A stretch of DNA of 64,000 nucleotides from a bacterium (GTDB lineage: Bacteria; UBA8248), in contig OY843592.1 in the NCBI GenBank assembly GCA_963692865.2, positions 2,976,001-3,040,000 on the forward strand, written 5' to 3'. Below, piece after piece: positions 17,344 to 27,855 of this stretch. Below the pieces are notes generated by a model. The model did no database searches, was not told the DNA's origin, and was given only the letters and a program-made list of their open reading frames with translations. Each line of letters starts with the position of its first letter. The stretch's first letter is position 1. Position numbers and translations under genes: made by a program.

Positions 17344-17622
17344 TTAGCGGCCCCCCGCGATGGCCGGTACAATGGAAACCTCATCCCCGTCGCTCACCGC
17401 CGTTCCCTCGCCCTGCAGGAAGCGGATGTCCTCCTGGTTCACGTAAATGTTCACGAAGCGGCGCAACTTGCCCTCTTCGTCATAGAGGCGCTGGCCGATG
17501 CCCGCAAACTGGTCGTCGAGGTTTGCGAGCACTTCCTTCACGTCCGCGCCAGCTATCTCCACGGTGTCCTGCTGCTGGGTGAACTCCTGCAAAGGTGTCG
17601 GGATACGAACCGTTACCGCCAT
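17344..17622 (-). CDS. MoaD/ThiS-family ubiquitin-like sulfur carrier (CysO/SAMP1-like), ends GG-R
   Basis: VRIPTPL, LRRFVNIYVN.EDIRFL, DGDEVSIVPAIAGG-R. Confidence 0.93.
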   Translation of the reverse strand: MAVTVRIPTPLQEFTQQQDTVEIAGADVKEVLANLDDQFAGIGQRLYDEEGKLRRFVNIYVNQEDIRFLQGEGTAVSDGDEVSIVPAIAGGR

Positions 17623-17675
17623 TTCTGTCTCCTGATCTGAAAGCCCGGCCTTCCGGGGATGCCGAATTAAGATTC

Positions 17676-18635
17676 CTAACGAAAATGCTGCTCCAGACTA
17701 TAATATCTCTCCCAGCCGTCGGGAACGACGACCACCACGTTTTCCTCGGGACTCATCCGCCGCGCCACCTGCAGGGCGGCACTTACCGCCGCTCCAGCCG
17801 AAATGCCCGCGGCCATGCCCTCCTCGCGACTCAGGGCCTTGCTCATGTCGTAGGCGTCCGAATCGCTCACCTGCATCACCTCGTCGATGATCGCGCGGTT
17901 CAACACCGAGGGAATGAATCCCGCGCCGATTCCCTGAATCTGGTGCGGGCCGGGCTCTCCGCCCGAGAGAACGGGGGATGCGGCGGGCTCCACGCCGACG
18001 ACGAGCGTTTCGGGCCTCCTCTCCTTCAGCACTTCTCCCACTCCCGTAATGGTGCCTCCCGTCCCCACGCCCGCCACGAAGGCGTCCACCGATTCCGCGC
18101 CCATGTCGCGCAGAATCTCGCGCGCCGTGGTTCTGCGGTGGATTTCCGGGTTGGCCGGATTGTTGAACTGCTGTGGCATGAAGTAATCCGGGTTCTCCTC
18201 CAAAATGGCTTCGGCCATCACGAGGGAACCGTACATGCCGCCCTCGCTGGAGCTGAAGATCACCTCGGCCCCGTAGCCCGTGAGCAGGGAGTGGCGCTCA
18301 TGGCTCATGCTCTTGCTGAGCACGATGATCGTCCTGTAGCCGCGAATGGCGCCGATAAGCGCGAGGCCTATCCCCGTGTTGCCGCTCGTGGGTTCGATGA
18401 TCGTTCCACCGGCCTTCAGGAGGCCGCGCCGCTCGCCGTCCAGCACCATGCTGAGCGCGATGCGATCCTTCACGCTTCCGCCGGGGTTGTACTGTTCGAG
18501 CTTCGCGAACACGCGCGCGCCGGACGCATCGGGCAGGCGCTGGAGCCTGACGAGGCTCGTGCTCCCGATGCGATCGACGAGCGAGGGAAGCGCCCTCAGA
18601 ATCTGGGGCGGGCGGCCCCGGGTGCCCAATGCCAT
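17676..18635 (-). CDS. cysK: Cysteine synthase A
   Basis: NPGGSVKDRIA, EPTSGNTG, QQFNNPAN, GVGTGGT, HQIQGIGAGFIP. Confidence 0.92.
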   Translation of the reverse strand: MALGTRGRPPQILRALPSLVDRIGSTSLVRLQRLPDASGARVFAKLEQYNPGGSVKDRIALSMVLDGERRGLLKAGGTIIEPTSGNTGIGLALIGAIRGYRTIIVLSKSMSHERHSLLTGYGAEVIFSSSEGGMYGSLVMAEAILEENPDYFMPQQFNNPANPEIHRRTTAREILRDMGAESVDAFVAGVGTGGTITGVGEVLKERRPETLVVGVEPAASPVLSGGEPGPHQIQGIGAGFIPSVLNRAIIDEVMQVSDSDAYDMSKALSREEGMAAGISAGAAVSAALQVARRMSPEENVVVVVPDGWERYYSLEQHFR

Positions 18636-18680
18636 GAGAGTGCCTTTCCAAAGCGATTTGCGTGGATCCAGCCGAGCGTG

Positions 18681-18713
18681 AGACTATAATTCCCAAACAA
18701 AATTGTCAAGAAT
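18681..18713 (-). promoter_or_regulatory. Promoter of the cysK operon overlapped by an IscR type-1-like operator
   Basis: Minus strand TTGACA (18709-18704)-N17-TAGTCT; 25-mer ATTCTTGACAATTTTGTTTGGGAAT (18713-18689) resembles ATASYYGACTRwwwYAGTCRRSTAT. Confidence 0.55.
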
Positions 18714-18840
18714 TCCACGTTAAAGCCTTTTTCCGTTTTTTCTCTTTTGGACATATTCTCGACATACTCCCAATATCTTCGCGGTGTGCTACATTCTCAT
18801 AACGCATCGTCTTATGATGCGGCGCAAGAAGGAGGAAGAC

Positions 18841-19662
18841 ATGACGAAATCCGGGAGCCCTCCCCCCATCGCCCTGACGATAGCGGGTTCGGACTCGGGC
18901 GGCGGGGCAGGGATCCAGGCCGATATCAAGACCTTCAGCGCGTTCGGCGTCTACGGCGCTTCGGTCATCACCGCGCTGACGGCGCAAAACACCGTGGGCG
19001 TGCAGGGGGTGCACGCCGCGCCCCTCGATTTCATCGCGGCGCAATTCGACTCGGTGTGCGCGGATTTGGACGTGGCGAGCGCGAAAATCGGCATGCTCGC
19101 CACGGTCGACGTCATCGAGGTCGTGGCCGAAAAGCTCAAGGAACACGCGCTTGCGCGCGTCGTGCTCGATCCGGTGATGGTCGCCAAAAGCGGCGACCGT
19201 CTCCTTGCGCCCGACGCCAGAGGTGCGCTCGTCGAAAAACTCTTCCCGCTCGCCGAGGTCGTCACCCCCAACACGGAGGAGGCGCGCGAGATTCTCCAAA
19301 CCGGAGAAATCGAAAACCTCGCTCAGATGAAGGACGCCGCCCGGGCCCTCCATGAGCGGGGGGCGAAATGCGTTCTGCTCAAAGGAGGCCACATCACCGA
19401 CGGGGCGGTGGACATTTTTTTCGACGGAGAAAACGAGATCGCCCTCGATGGCAGGCGCATCGACACCCCCCACACCCACGGCACGGGCTGCACGCTCTCA
19501 TCAGCCATCGCGGCGGGGCTGTCGCTGGGAGAGTCCACCATCGAAGCGGCGAGAAGGGCGAAAGATTTCATTCAGGGCGCCATCGAGAACGCGCTCGCCA
19601 TCGGAAACGGCAGAGGCCCGCTCAACCACATGTACCGCCAGCACGAGGAAAAATCGCCGTGA
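18841..19662 (+). CDS. thiD: Hydroxymethylpyrimidine/phosphomethylpyrimidine kinase
   Basis: [48 protein letters not shown]. Confidence 0.96.
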   Translation: MTKSGSPPPIALTIAGSDSGGGAGIQADIKTFSAFGVYGASVITALTAQNTVGVQGVHAAPLDFIAAQFDSVCADLDVASAKIGMLATVDVIEVVAEKLKEHALARVVLDPVMVAKSGDRLLAPDARGALVEKLFPLAEVVTPNTEEAREILQTGEIENLAQMKDAARALHERGAKCVLLKGGHITDGAVDIFFDGENEIALDGRRIDTPHTHGTGCTLSSAIAAGLSLGESTIEAARRAKDFIQGAIENALAIGNGRGPLNHMYRQHEEKSP

Positions 19663-19731
19663 GCCGCGTGTTCTCACTCAACCGAATTTTTCTTATTACA
19701 GGCCATGAATCTACGAAAGGATGGTGCCGTT

Positions 19732-20142
19732 ATGAGCGACAGCCGCGATAAACCCTTGCGCGTGCGGGAGCGCGAAGCTCTGAGCGGGGAATTGCCCGTG
19801 CCCGGAGGCAGGAGCATGTTCCGCATTCTGCTGGATGAGGAGACAGTGGGCGCGAAGCAGTTCGCCTTGCTCATCAACGAATTCGACCCGGGTCTCACCT
19901 CCACCGCCCACAAACACGACGCCGAGGAGCACGCCTTTTACATCATCAGCGGGACGGGCGTGATCGACATCGAGGGGGAAAAGATTCCGGTCGAAGCGGG
20001 CGACGCCGTCTTCGTGCCTCCCGGCAAGATGCACCAGATCACGAGCACGGGTGACGCGTTGTTCAAATATGTGGTTTTATATTCGCCTCCCGGACCCAAC
20101 GTGGCGCTCAGGGAAAAAGGCGCTTACGGACTCGCTGAATAA
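19732..20142 (+). CDS. Cupin domain protein
   Basis: HKH...EHAFYIISG and GDAVFVPPGKMH cupin motifs. Confidence 0.85.
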   Translation: MSDSRDKPLRVREREALSGELPVPGGRSMFRILLDEETVGAKQFALLINEFDPGLTSTAHKHDAEEHAFYIISGTGVIDIEGEKIPVEAGDAVFVPPGKMHQITSTGDALFKYVVLYSPPGPNVALREKGAYGLAE

Positions 20143-20220
20143 TTCGGGCCCGGTGCGTTAAAGCATCTTCGCAAAATCGGTATAATCGGGATAAACCAAA
20201 ACCCTTATCGGGAACAAAAA

Positions 20221-22770
20221 ATGACGACTGTGCTTTCGTTTCAGGTAGTGCCCAGCATTCCTTCGGAGTTAAAAGGGCTCGAAGAAATCGCCGACAACAT
20301 CGCCTTCGACTGGAACCACCGCGCGCGCGCGCTGTTCAGCAGGCTGGACGATGCCCTGTGGGAGGATTGCCACTACAATCCAGCACAGATGCTGCGCTCC
20401 GTCTCCCAGGAGCGGATCAACGCCGCGGCGCGCGATGCGCATTTCCTCCGCGAGATGGAAAGCGTTCTGAAAGAGTTGCATGCATATCTCCACAAACCAT
20501 CCTGGTACCAGAACCTGCCCGAGAGCGAAAAGAGCAAGGATCTTCGCATCGCCTATTTCAGCATGGAGTTCGGGCTGACGGAATCCGTGCCCAACTACTC
20601 GGGCGGTCTGGGCGTCCTGGCGGGCGATCACATGAAATCCGCGAGCGACTTGGGCCTTCCCCTCATCGGCATCGGCCTCGCCTACAGCCAAGGATATTTC
20701 CACCAGCAGCTGGGGCCTGACGGCTGGCAACAGGAGCACTACCCGGACAACGATTTTCATCACACGCCGTTTCATCTGGAACGCGACGAGAACGGCCACC
20801 CCATCACAGTGGAGGTCGATTACCCCGACGGCCTCCTCACCGCACAAGTCTGGCACGTGCAGGTGGGCCGTATCCCCATTTACCTGCTTGACGCCAATAT
20901 ACCCGGAAACGCGTCCTCGCTACGGGAAATCACCCTGGCCCTCTACGGCGGGGACATGGAGATGCGCATTCGCCAGGAGATATTGCTCGGCATCGGCGGC
21001 GTGAGGCTACTCCACAAGCTGAATCTCCCCCCCGTCGTCTGCCACATGAACGAGGGGCACTCCGCTTTCCTGGCGCTCGAGAGAATCCGTTTTTCGATGG
21101 GGAAATTCGGCATCGACGCCAGCGTAGCGCGGGAGTTGACCTCCGCGGGAAACATTTTTACGACGCACACGCCGGTCCCGGCGGGCATCGACATCTTTCC
21201 ACCCGACATGATGGAGAAATACTTTCGTGAATACGCGCAATCCCTCTCCATGGACTGGGACGATTTTCTCGGTCTGGGCCGGGTGAACCCCGAACAGGGG
21301 GATGAGCCTTTCAACATGGCCGTCCTCGCGCTGCGTCTCTCCTCGGCGGCGAACGGAGTCAGCAAGCTGCATGGCGAGGTTTCACGAAAAATGTGGCGGT
21401 CCATGTGGCCGGAAGCCCCCGAGCAGGACATTCCCATCGCCTCGATCACGAACGGCGTCCACTTTCCCACATGGGTATCGCCCGGGATGAAGGAGTTGTT
21501 CGACAGGCATCTGGGCGGCGCCTGGGTGGACGAGACGGACAAGCCGGAGATTTGGGAGAGAGTCGCCTCCATCCCGGAAAGCGAGCTATGGGGCGTCAGG
21601 GAGAAAAACCGCGAGCGGCTCATCGAGTTTTGCCGCACGCACGCCCTCAAGCGGCCGTTGGGAAGCGTCACGCGCCCCAACGTCACCATACTGCCTGACC
21701 CGAAAGCGCTTACGATCGGATTCGCGAGACGCTTCGCCACCTACAAGCGCGCCACTTTGTTGCTCAAAAGGCCCGAACGCTTCGTCTCGCTGCTCACGAA
21801 CGAGGAAAACCCCGTTCAAATCATATTCGCCGGCAAAGCCCACCCGAGGGACATGGAGGGCAAGAGCTTCATCCGCGAACTGCTGCATTTCGCCCGAAAG
21901 GAAAACGTGCGGGACAAGCTCGTGTTCGTGGAGGATTACGACATCAACGTCGCGCGCCAACTCGTTCAGGGAGTGGATTTGTGGCTCAACAACCCCCGCC
22001 GCCCGCAGGAAGCGAGCGGCACCAGCGGCATGAAGGCCGCCGCCAACGGCGCCTTGAACCTGAGCATCATGGACGGCTGGTGGGTGGAGGGGTATGCGAG
22101 CCATTTAGGGTGGGCCATCGGCGGCCTGGAGACGCACAACGATACCGGCTACCAGGACGAGATGGAGTGCGAGAGCCTGTTCAACACCCTCGAGCAAGTC
22201 GTGGTTCCCCTATTCTATGAACGGGGCGATGAGGGCATTCCATCCCGATGGATAGAGATGATTAAGAATTCACTGCAATCCCTCTGCCCCTACTTCAATA
22301 CGAGTCGAATGGTGCGCGAATACGCCGAAAAATTCTACCTGCCACTGGGCGCGCACCATGCGCGCCTCATTTCGGGCGAGATGAGTCCCGCAAAATCGCT
22401 CTCTGAATGGAAGGAGCGCGTGCGCCGCGCATGGCCCGCTGTAGAAATCAACCAGATATCGATCGCCCAAAACGGCGTCGTTCCGCTGGGCGCCAGAATG
22501 AGAGTCGAGGCGGAGGTTTCGCTCGGAGAACTCTCTCCCGAAGAAGTCCGTCTCGAGATTTACGAGGGCGCCCTGAAAGAGGAGAACCTGTTGTCCGGCG
22601 AGGTCGTCTCCCCCATGACTTTTTCCGAAGACTTGGGCGGCGGCACATTCCGCTTCCACGGCGAGGTCGAGTGCCGCAGACCGGGCACGCACGGCGTATC
22701 GGTGCGCGCGGTGCCCTATCACCCGCACCTCATTCACCCCTTGAGCCTGCACCTTTTGACCTGGGGCTAG
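20221..22770 (+). CDS. glgP: Alpha-glucan (glycogen) phosphorylase
   Basis: YSGGLGVLAGD, HMNEGH, FTTHT, FARRFATYKR, EASGTSGMK. Confidence 0.96.
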   Translation: MTTVLSFQVVPSIPSELKGLEEIADNIAFDWNHRARALFSRLDDALWEDCHYNPAQMLRSVSQERINAAARDAHFLREMESVLKELHAYLHKPSWYQNLPESEKSKDLRIAYFSMEFGLTESVPNYSGGLGVLAGDHMKSASDLGLPLIGIGLAYSQGYFHQQLGPDGWQQEHYPDNDFHHTPFHLERDENGHPITVEVDYPDGLLTAQVWHVQVGRIPIYLLDANIPGNASSLREITLALYGGDMEMRIRQEILLGIGGVRLLHKLNLPPVVCHMNEGHSAFLALERIRFSMGKFGIDASVARELTSAGNIFTTHTPVPAGIDIFPPDMMEKYFREYAQSLSMDWDDFLGLGRVNPEQGDEPFNMAVLALRLSSAANGVSKLHGEVSRKMWRSMWPEAPEQDIPIASITNGVHFPTWVSPGMKELFDRHLGGAWVDETDKPEIWERVASIPESELWGVREKNRERLIEFCRTHALKRPLGSVTRPNVTILPDPKALTIGFARRFATYKRATLLLKRPERFVSLLTNEENPVQIIFAGKAHPRDMEGKSFIRELLHFARKENVRDKLVFVEDYDINVARQLVQGVDLWLNNPRRPQEASGTSGMKAAANGALNLSIMDGWWVEGYASHLGWAIGGLETHNDTGYQDEMECESLFNTLEQVVVPLFYERGDEGIPSRWIEMIKNSLQSLCPYFNTSRMVREYAEKFYLPLGAHHARLISGEMSPAKSLSEWKERVRRAWPAVEINQISIAQNGVVPLGARMRVEAEVSLGELSPEEVRLEIYEGALKEENLLSGEVVSPMTFSEDLGGGTFRFHGEVECRRPGTHGVSVRAVPYHPHLIHPLSLHLLTWG

Positions 22771-22869
22771 GATCCGGTGCGCGAAAAAGCGCATTTCACC
22801 GTTTTCCCCGCTCCTGTTAAGCTGATCGAGACGAAGGGAGAAATCAGAAAGCTCGAAGGAGAATCATTG

Positions 22870-23184
22870 ATGAGCGAGAAGAAACCATACATCGTCGAAA
22901 TCGGTCAGGGGGGGAGAATCCATCTTCCCAAGGACGTCATGAAATCCCTGGACGCTGCGCCAGGGAATCAAGTCCGCTTCGAGATCGGAGAGGATTCCGT
23001 TCGGATTCTGCGGCATCAGGTAAAAGACCCGTTTGCCGAAGCGGCAAGGAAGAAGACCCCCGACATTCAGGATTTGATGAGCCAGCAAGCGGCCAGAAAA
23101 AAAGAGGCGGCCGACCTGTTCGACAAGAGGATACAAGAAAAACACGAAATCAGACCCGAGGACCGGGAAGATTTCTGGCGATAA
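22870..23184 (+). CDS. AbrB/MazE/SpoVT-type DNA-binding protein with helical C-terminal extension
   Basis: VEIGQGGRIHLPKDVMKSL..PGNQVRF swapped-hairpin pattern; AAGGAG RBS. Confidence 0.7.
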   Translation: MSEKKPYIVEIGQGGRIHLPKDVMKSLDAAPGNQVRFEIGEDSVRILRHQVKDPFAEAARKKTPDIQDLMSQQAARKKEAADLFDKRIQEKHEIRPEDREDFWR

Positions 23185-23222
23185 CCGCGAAAAACGAGAA
23201 AATGAATCCGCCGTGAAATTCC

Positions 23223-25121
23223 CTAGAGGCGGAATCCATCCTCAAAGCGGACGTTGGCTGCTTGCCTGAGTTTCTCCAGATACCGGCTGAACACCATCCC
23301 CTTTTTCAGGTTACTCAGGGTCTGGAGGAAATCCGTTTTTTCGGAATCGAACTTCTTCATGTCCGCCCGCGGCCCCTCCAGCACCTCGAACAAAATCACA
23401 TCGTCGCCGGATTGCGCCATCCCGAATCCACCCTTCTGGAGGGTGAACGCGAGGCTCGAGAGTTCTAGAGAGGGTCCAAGCTCCTCGGGAACGTCCGCCC
23501 GCTTGAAGGCTTGGGGCCTGAGCACCTTGAGTCCAAGTTCCCCGGCGACCGAGGAGAGGTCGCGCTTTTTGTCCTTGAACTCCTGAAGCCAAAGCGCGGC
23601 TTTTCGTTTCGCAACTTCACTCCCCCTGAGGCGCAGGAACGAACTCTCCACGTCTTTGCGCACATCCTCGAATTTCGGGACGAAAGGCTCCCGCTTCCCC
23701 TCTAGGCGCACGAAGCTGACGCCTCCGCCCCCCTCCCGCTCTCTGGATATTTTCTCCTCTCCGCTCAGAGCGAAGGCAAGCGCGCTCACGACGCCGGATG
23801 CAGGCGCCGTCTGCGGAAGACGACCCCTTTCAAAAAAACCGGTTTCTCCTTTTTTCAGACCGGCGAGAGCAGGTTCCACCTTCTTGTCCTCTACCGCATA
23901 GCGGATTTTTCTCAATTCATTCCTGGCCAACTCTCTGGAACGCAAGACCCTCAAATCTTCTTCCACCCGCTTTCGTACTTCCTCGAACGATTCATGGCCG
24001 GGCAACACCTTGTCCCTCACCCACAGCAGGTGCATCCCGAAGGAAGTCTTCACCGGCTTGCTCACTTCTCCTTTTTTCAGGGCGTAAGCCACCTTCTCCA
24101 ACTCGGGCAACATCTGCCCCCTGCCGAAAACGCCGAGGTCGCCCCCTTGTTTCGCCTCCGGACCCTCGGAGTGCGCCTTGGCGAGTTCGGTAAATTCCTC
24201 GCCCTTCATGACGCGCTCGCGCAGCCCCTCCAGCCGGTTCCGGCCCGCCTCGACCTGCTCTTTTTTCGCATCGGGAGAAAGCTTCAAAAAGATTTGATTC
24301 ACCGCCACACTCTCTTTGCGCGCATACTTCGCGCGGGTTCGCGCATAGTGCGACCTCAAGTCCGCATCACCGAGTTCGATTCCGTCCGCCACTGCGGAAA
24401 ACGGGAGGTGCCACCAGGATACCTTTCGCTGCGGGCCGGTTTTGAACTGATCCTTATTCTTTTCATAATAGGCTTTCAGGTCCGTCTCGGGCTTCGACAA
24501 ATCCGCGGCGAAAGTTTCCGGTTTCAGGCGAGCGGCGGCCAACTTGATTTCCGCGTTTCTCCACTCATAGGCGCCCCGCGCTTCCTGCTCGCTGACCAAC
24601 ACGCCCAGGTTCACATAGTCCCGGAGCTGGTTGAGCAAGACGACTCGCCTTTGGTCCTCCTCGAACTGCCGGGGGGTAATCCCGTTCGACTCCAGGATGC
24701 TGCGGTATCGCCCGGCGTCGAATTTCCCGTCTCTCTGAAAGGGGGCAAGCGCTTGTATTTGCAGGGCGACTTGCGCGTCGGTGACTTCGAGCCCGAGCCG
24801 GCGGGCCTCACGCATTTGGAGTTTCTCCGATATGAGTGAATCCAGCGTCTGGCGCCTCAGGCCGAGCCTGCGTGCGAGTTCCTCGTTATACGCGGCGCCT
24901 AGCTGCCGCCTGAGCGATTCCGCCTGCTGATAGTAGCGTTGCTCGAATTCACGCACCGAAATGGGCGCATCGCCCACCCATGCCGCGACGCGGCCGCCCC
25001 CGGGGTCGGCCTGCCTGTCCGTGAGCGCGAACCCGCCGAAAGATACGAACGTAAGCGCCACGAAGCCGAGCAGCGCCTTGAGCACCCAACTCTTGCCCTT
25101 CTCTCTCAAAAAGCGAAGCAT
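23223..25121 (-). CDS. ppiD: PpiD/SurA-type periplasmic peptidyl-prolyl isomerase/chaperone
   Basis: N-terminal membrane anchor, SurA_N region, parvulin motifs FTELAKAHSE, GGDLG, PVKTSFGMHL. Confidence 0.85.
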   Translation of the reverse strand: MLRFLREKGKSWVLKALLGFVALTFVSFGGFALTDRQADPGGGRVAAWVGDAPISVREFEQRYYQQAESLRRQLGAAYNEELARRLGLRRQTLDSLISEKLQMREARRLGLEVTDAQVALQIQALAPFQRDGKFDAGRYRSILESNGITPRQFEEDQRRVVLLNQLRDYVNLGVLVSEQEARGAYEWRNAEIKLAAARLKPETFAADLSKPETDLKAYYEKNKDQFKTGPQRKVSWWHLPFSAVADGIELGDADLRSHYARTRAKYARKESVAVNQIFLKLSPDAKKEQVEAGRNRLEGLRERVMKGEEFTELAKAHSEGPEAKQGGDLGVFGRGQMLPELEKVAYALKKGEVSKPVKTSFGMHLLWVRDKVLPGHESFEEVRKRVEEDLRVLRSRELARNELRKIRYAVEDKKVEPALAGLKKGETGFFERGRLPQTAPASGVVSALAFALSGEEKISREREGGGGVSFVRLEGKREPFVPKFEDVRKDVESSFLRLRGSEVAKRKAALWLQEFKDKKRDLSSVAGELGLKVLRPQAFKRADVPEELGPSLELSSLAFTLQKGGFGMAQSGDDVILFEVLEGPRADMKKFDSEKTDFLQTLSNLKKGMVFSRYLEKLRQAANVRFEDGFRL

Positions 25122-25364
25122 CAATGTTTTACACTCCTTCAAAATCGACCGCTCACGCGATCTCACACGATTTCAGCGGCAAACAAGAGAGAAAATAGCC
25201 CACCTTCCCGGATCATCGCAAACCGGAGAAGGTAATTTTTATGTATCCCACCCACGCAACGACATTTTTACCCAATCGAGGCGCCTCTATCCTTGAAATT
25301 GCTGGTTCCCTTGATTATTCTAACTTGGAGTGTAATCATTGCCCAAATACCGCCCATGGAATGA

Positions 25365-26423
<1,059 letters not shown>

Positions 26424-26502
26424 CCGATCTGCTGCACCGGAACTCCGGCCACTGCCCACAACAACGCCTTCGAGCGTTTTCGACAACAAACCCTAGAATA
26501 CT

Positions 26503-27336
26503 ATGTTTCAGTTCTTGGCCGAACGCAAAAGCTTAGCCCTCCTCTCAGGGTTGTTTATCGTTTGCTTCACGCTTATGACGCTGAGCTTGCGCTTTCGGGG
26601 TCAATCCACTTTATTCGAAAGAGCGCTTTTCTCCCTCGTCGGTTCGATCACTCAGGTTGCCGACACACCCAGAAAATGGTCGGTCGAACTCTGGCAAAAA
26701 TACCTGCTCTTCAGGAACGCGCATGAAGAAAACATCGTGTTAAGACGAAAGCTGGAATCACTCGCTACGCAGCATGCCCAGATACAGGAATTGAAATCGG
26801 AAATCGCGCGCCTCGAGAAATTGCTCGGCGCATCGCAGAATCTGGAGGCGCCCGTTCGCCTCGCCCGAATCATTGCCCGCGACAGAAGCATCTATGGAGA
26901 ATCGCTGCTGGTAGACCTCGGTACCCGGGACGGCCTGCAAAAGAACATGCCGGTCATGCACCAAGCGGGCCTCGTGGGAAGAATCTCGCGCGTAGGCAAC
27001 AACGTAAGTCAGGTTTTGACTCTGCTCGATTCGAGAAGCGCCGTCAATGTCATCGCCCAGCGTTCGCGCGCGCAAGGTGTTTTCTCCATCTCCTCCAAAG
27101 GAGAAAGTGAGGTGCGCTACATGCCGCTTCACTTGGAAATGAAACGCGGAGCTCTGCTCGTCTCCTCCGGGTTGGGGGGTATTTTTCCAAAAGGCCTCCC
27201 CGTGGCCCATATTACGGAAATCAAAAACGCAAGAGGGTTGTTCCTGAAAATCAAGGCCAAGGCGATCGTGGATTTTTCAAACTTGGAAGAAGTGATGATC
27301 CTGATGACGAAGCCCAAGGAAAATCCCTGGAAATGA
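26503..27336 (+). CDS. mreC: Rod shape-determining protein MreC
   Basis: TM helix, coiled coil, GLVGRI, SSGLGGIFPKG; follows mreB. Confidence 0.95.
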   Translation: MFQFLAERKSLALLSGLFIVCFTLMTLSLRFRGQSTLFERALFSLVGSITQVADTPRKWSVELWQKYLLFRNAHEENIVLRRKLESLATQHAQIQELKSEIARLEKLLGASQNLEAPVRLARIIARDRSIYGESLLVDLGTRDGLQKNMPVMHQAGLVGRISRVGNNVSQVLTLLDSRSAVNVIAQRSRAQGVFSISSKGESEVRYMPLHLEMKRGALLVSSGLGGIFPKGLPVAHITEIKNARGLFLKIKAKAIVDFSNLEEVMILMTKPKENPWK

Positions 27337-27854
27337 TTGTTTTATTTTATATTCTACTCGCCGTTCTGACAATTGCCATACACACGTCGGTGGCGGAGTA
27401 TTTCTCCATCTGGATCGGCGCCAAGCCGGACGCCATGCTCCTTGCGACAGTTTTCCTGGGTCTGCGTCATGACAGGGAGACCGGACTCACGGGAGGATTC
27501 ATCCTCGGAATTTTCGAGGACGTGCTCTCGGGGGGCTTGCTGGGTTTCAACGCGCTCCTCAAAGGGCTGATTGGTCATTACACGGGCGGACTGAAACCCA
27601 ACGTGACGGCGCGTTTCGTCGTATTCCACGGCGCGGTGGCGTTTTTCGCCTCTCTATTCAACATCTTGTTTTCTTTCATTCTTGTGCAGATATTTCTGCC
27701 CGATCAACCTCCAACCACCGGTTATTGGATGGATGCGATCGAGACGGCGGGTCTGAATACCGTTTTGGCACCGTTCGTCATCAGCCTTTTCGGAAAAATG
27801 CAAGACAAGATGCTGCCATCCGAAACGGGCACACCCTACCCGGAACGAGCCTGA
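27333..27854 (+). CDS. mreD: Rod shape-determining protein MreD
   Basis: Hydrophobic, KPD, GFILGIFED; position between mreC and mrdA. Confidence 0.9.
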   Translation: MIVLFYILLAVLTIAIHTSVAEYFSIWIGAKPDAMLLATVFLGLRHDRETGLTGGFILGIFEDVLSGGLLGFNALLKGLIGHYTGGLKPNVTARFVVFHGAVAFFASLFNILFSFILVQIFLPDQPPTTGYWMDAIETAGLNTVLAPFVISLFGKMQDKMLPSETGTPYPERA

Positions 27855-27855
27855 G

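Noticed and set aside
14444-17622. Ubl + E1 + JAMM as an antiphage conjugation system (Bil/CBASS type)
   Set aside because: No E2 or CD-NTase; the genes are embedded between two cysteine synthases and an Rrf2 regulator, which points to sulfur transfer
18640-18840. TPP riboswitch upstream of thiD
   Set aside because: No CTGAGA/ACCTGA/AGGGA core found; the region looks like divergent promoters
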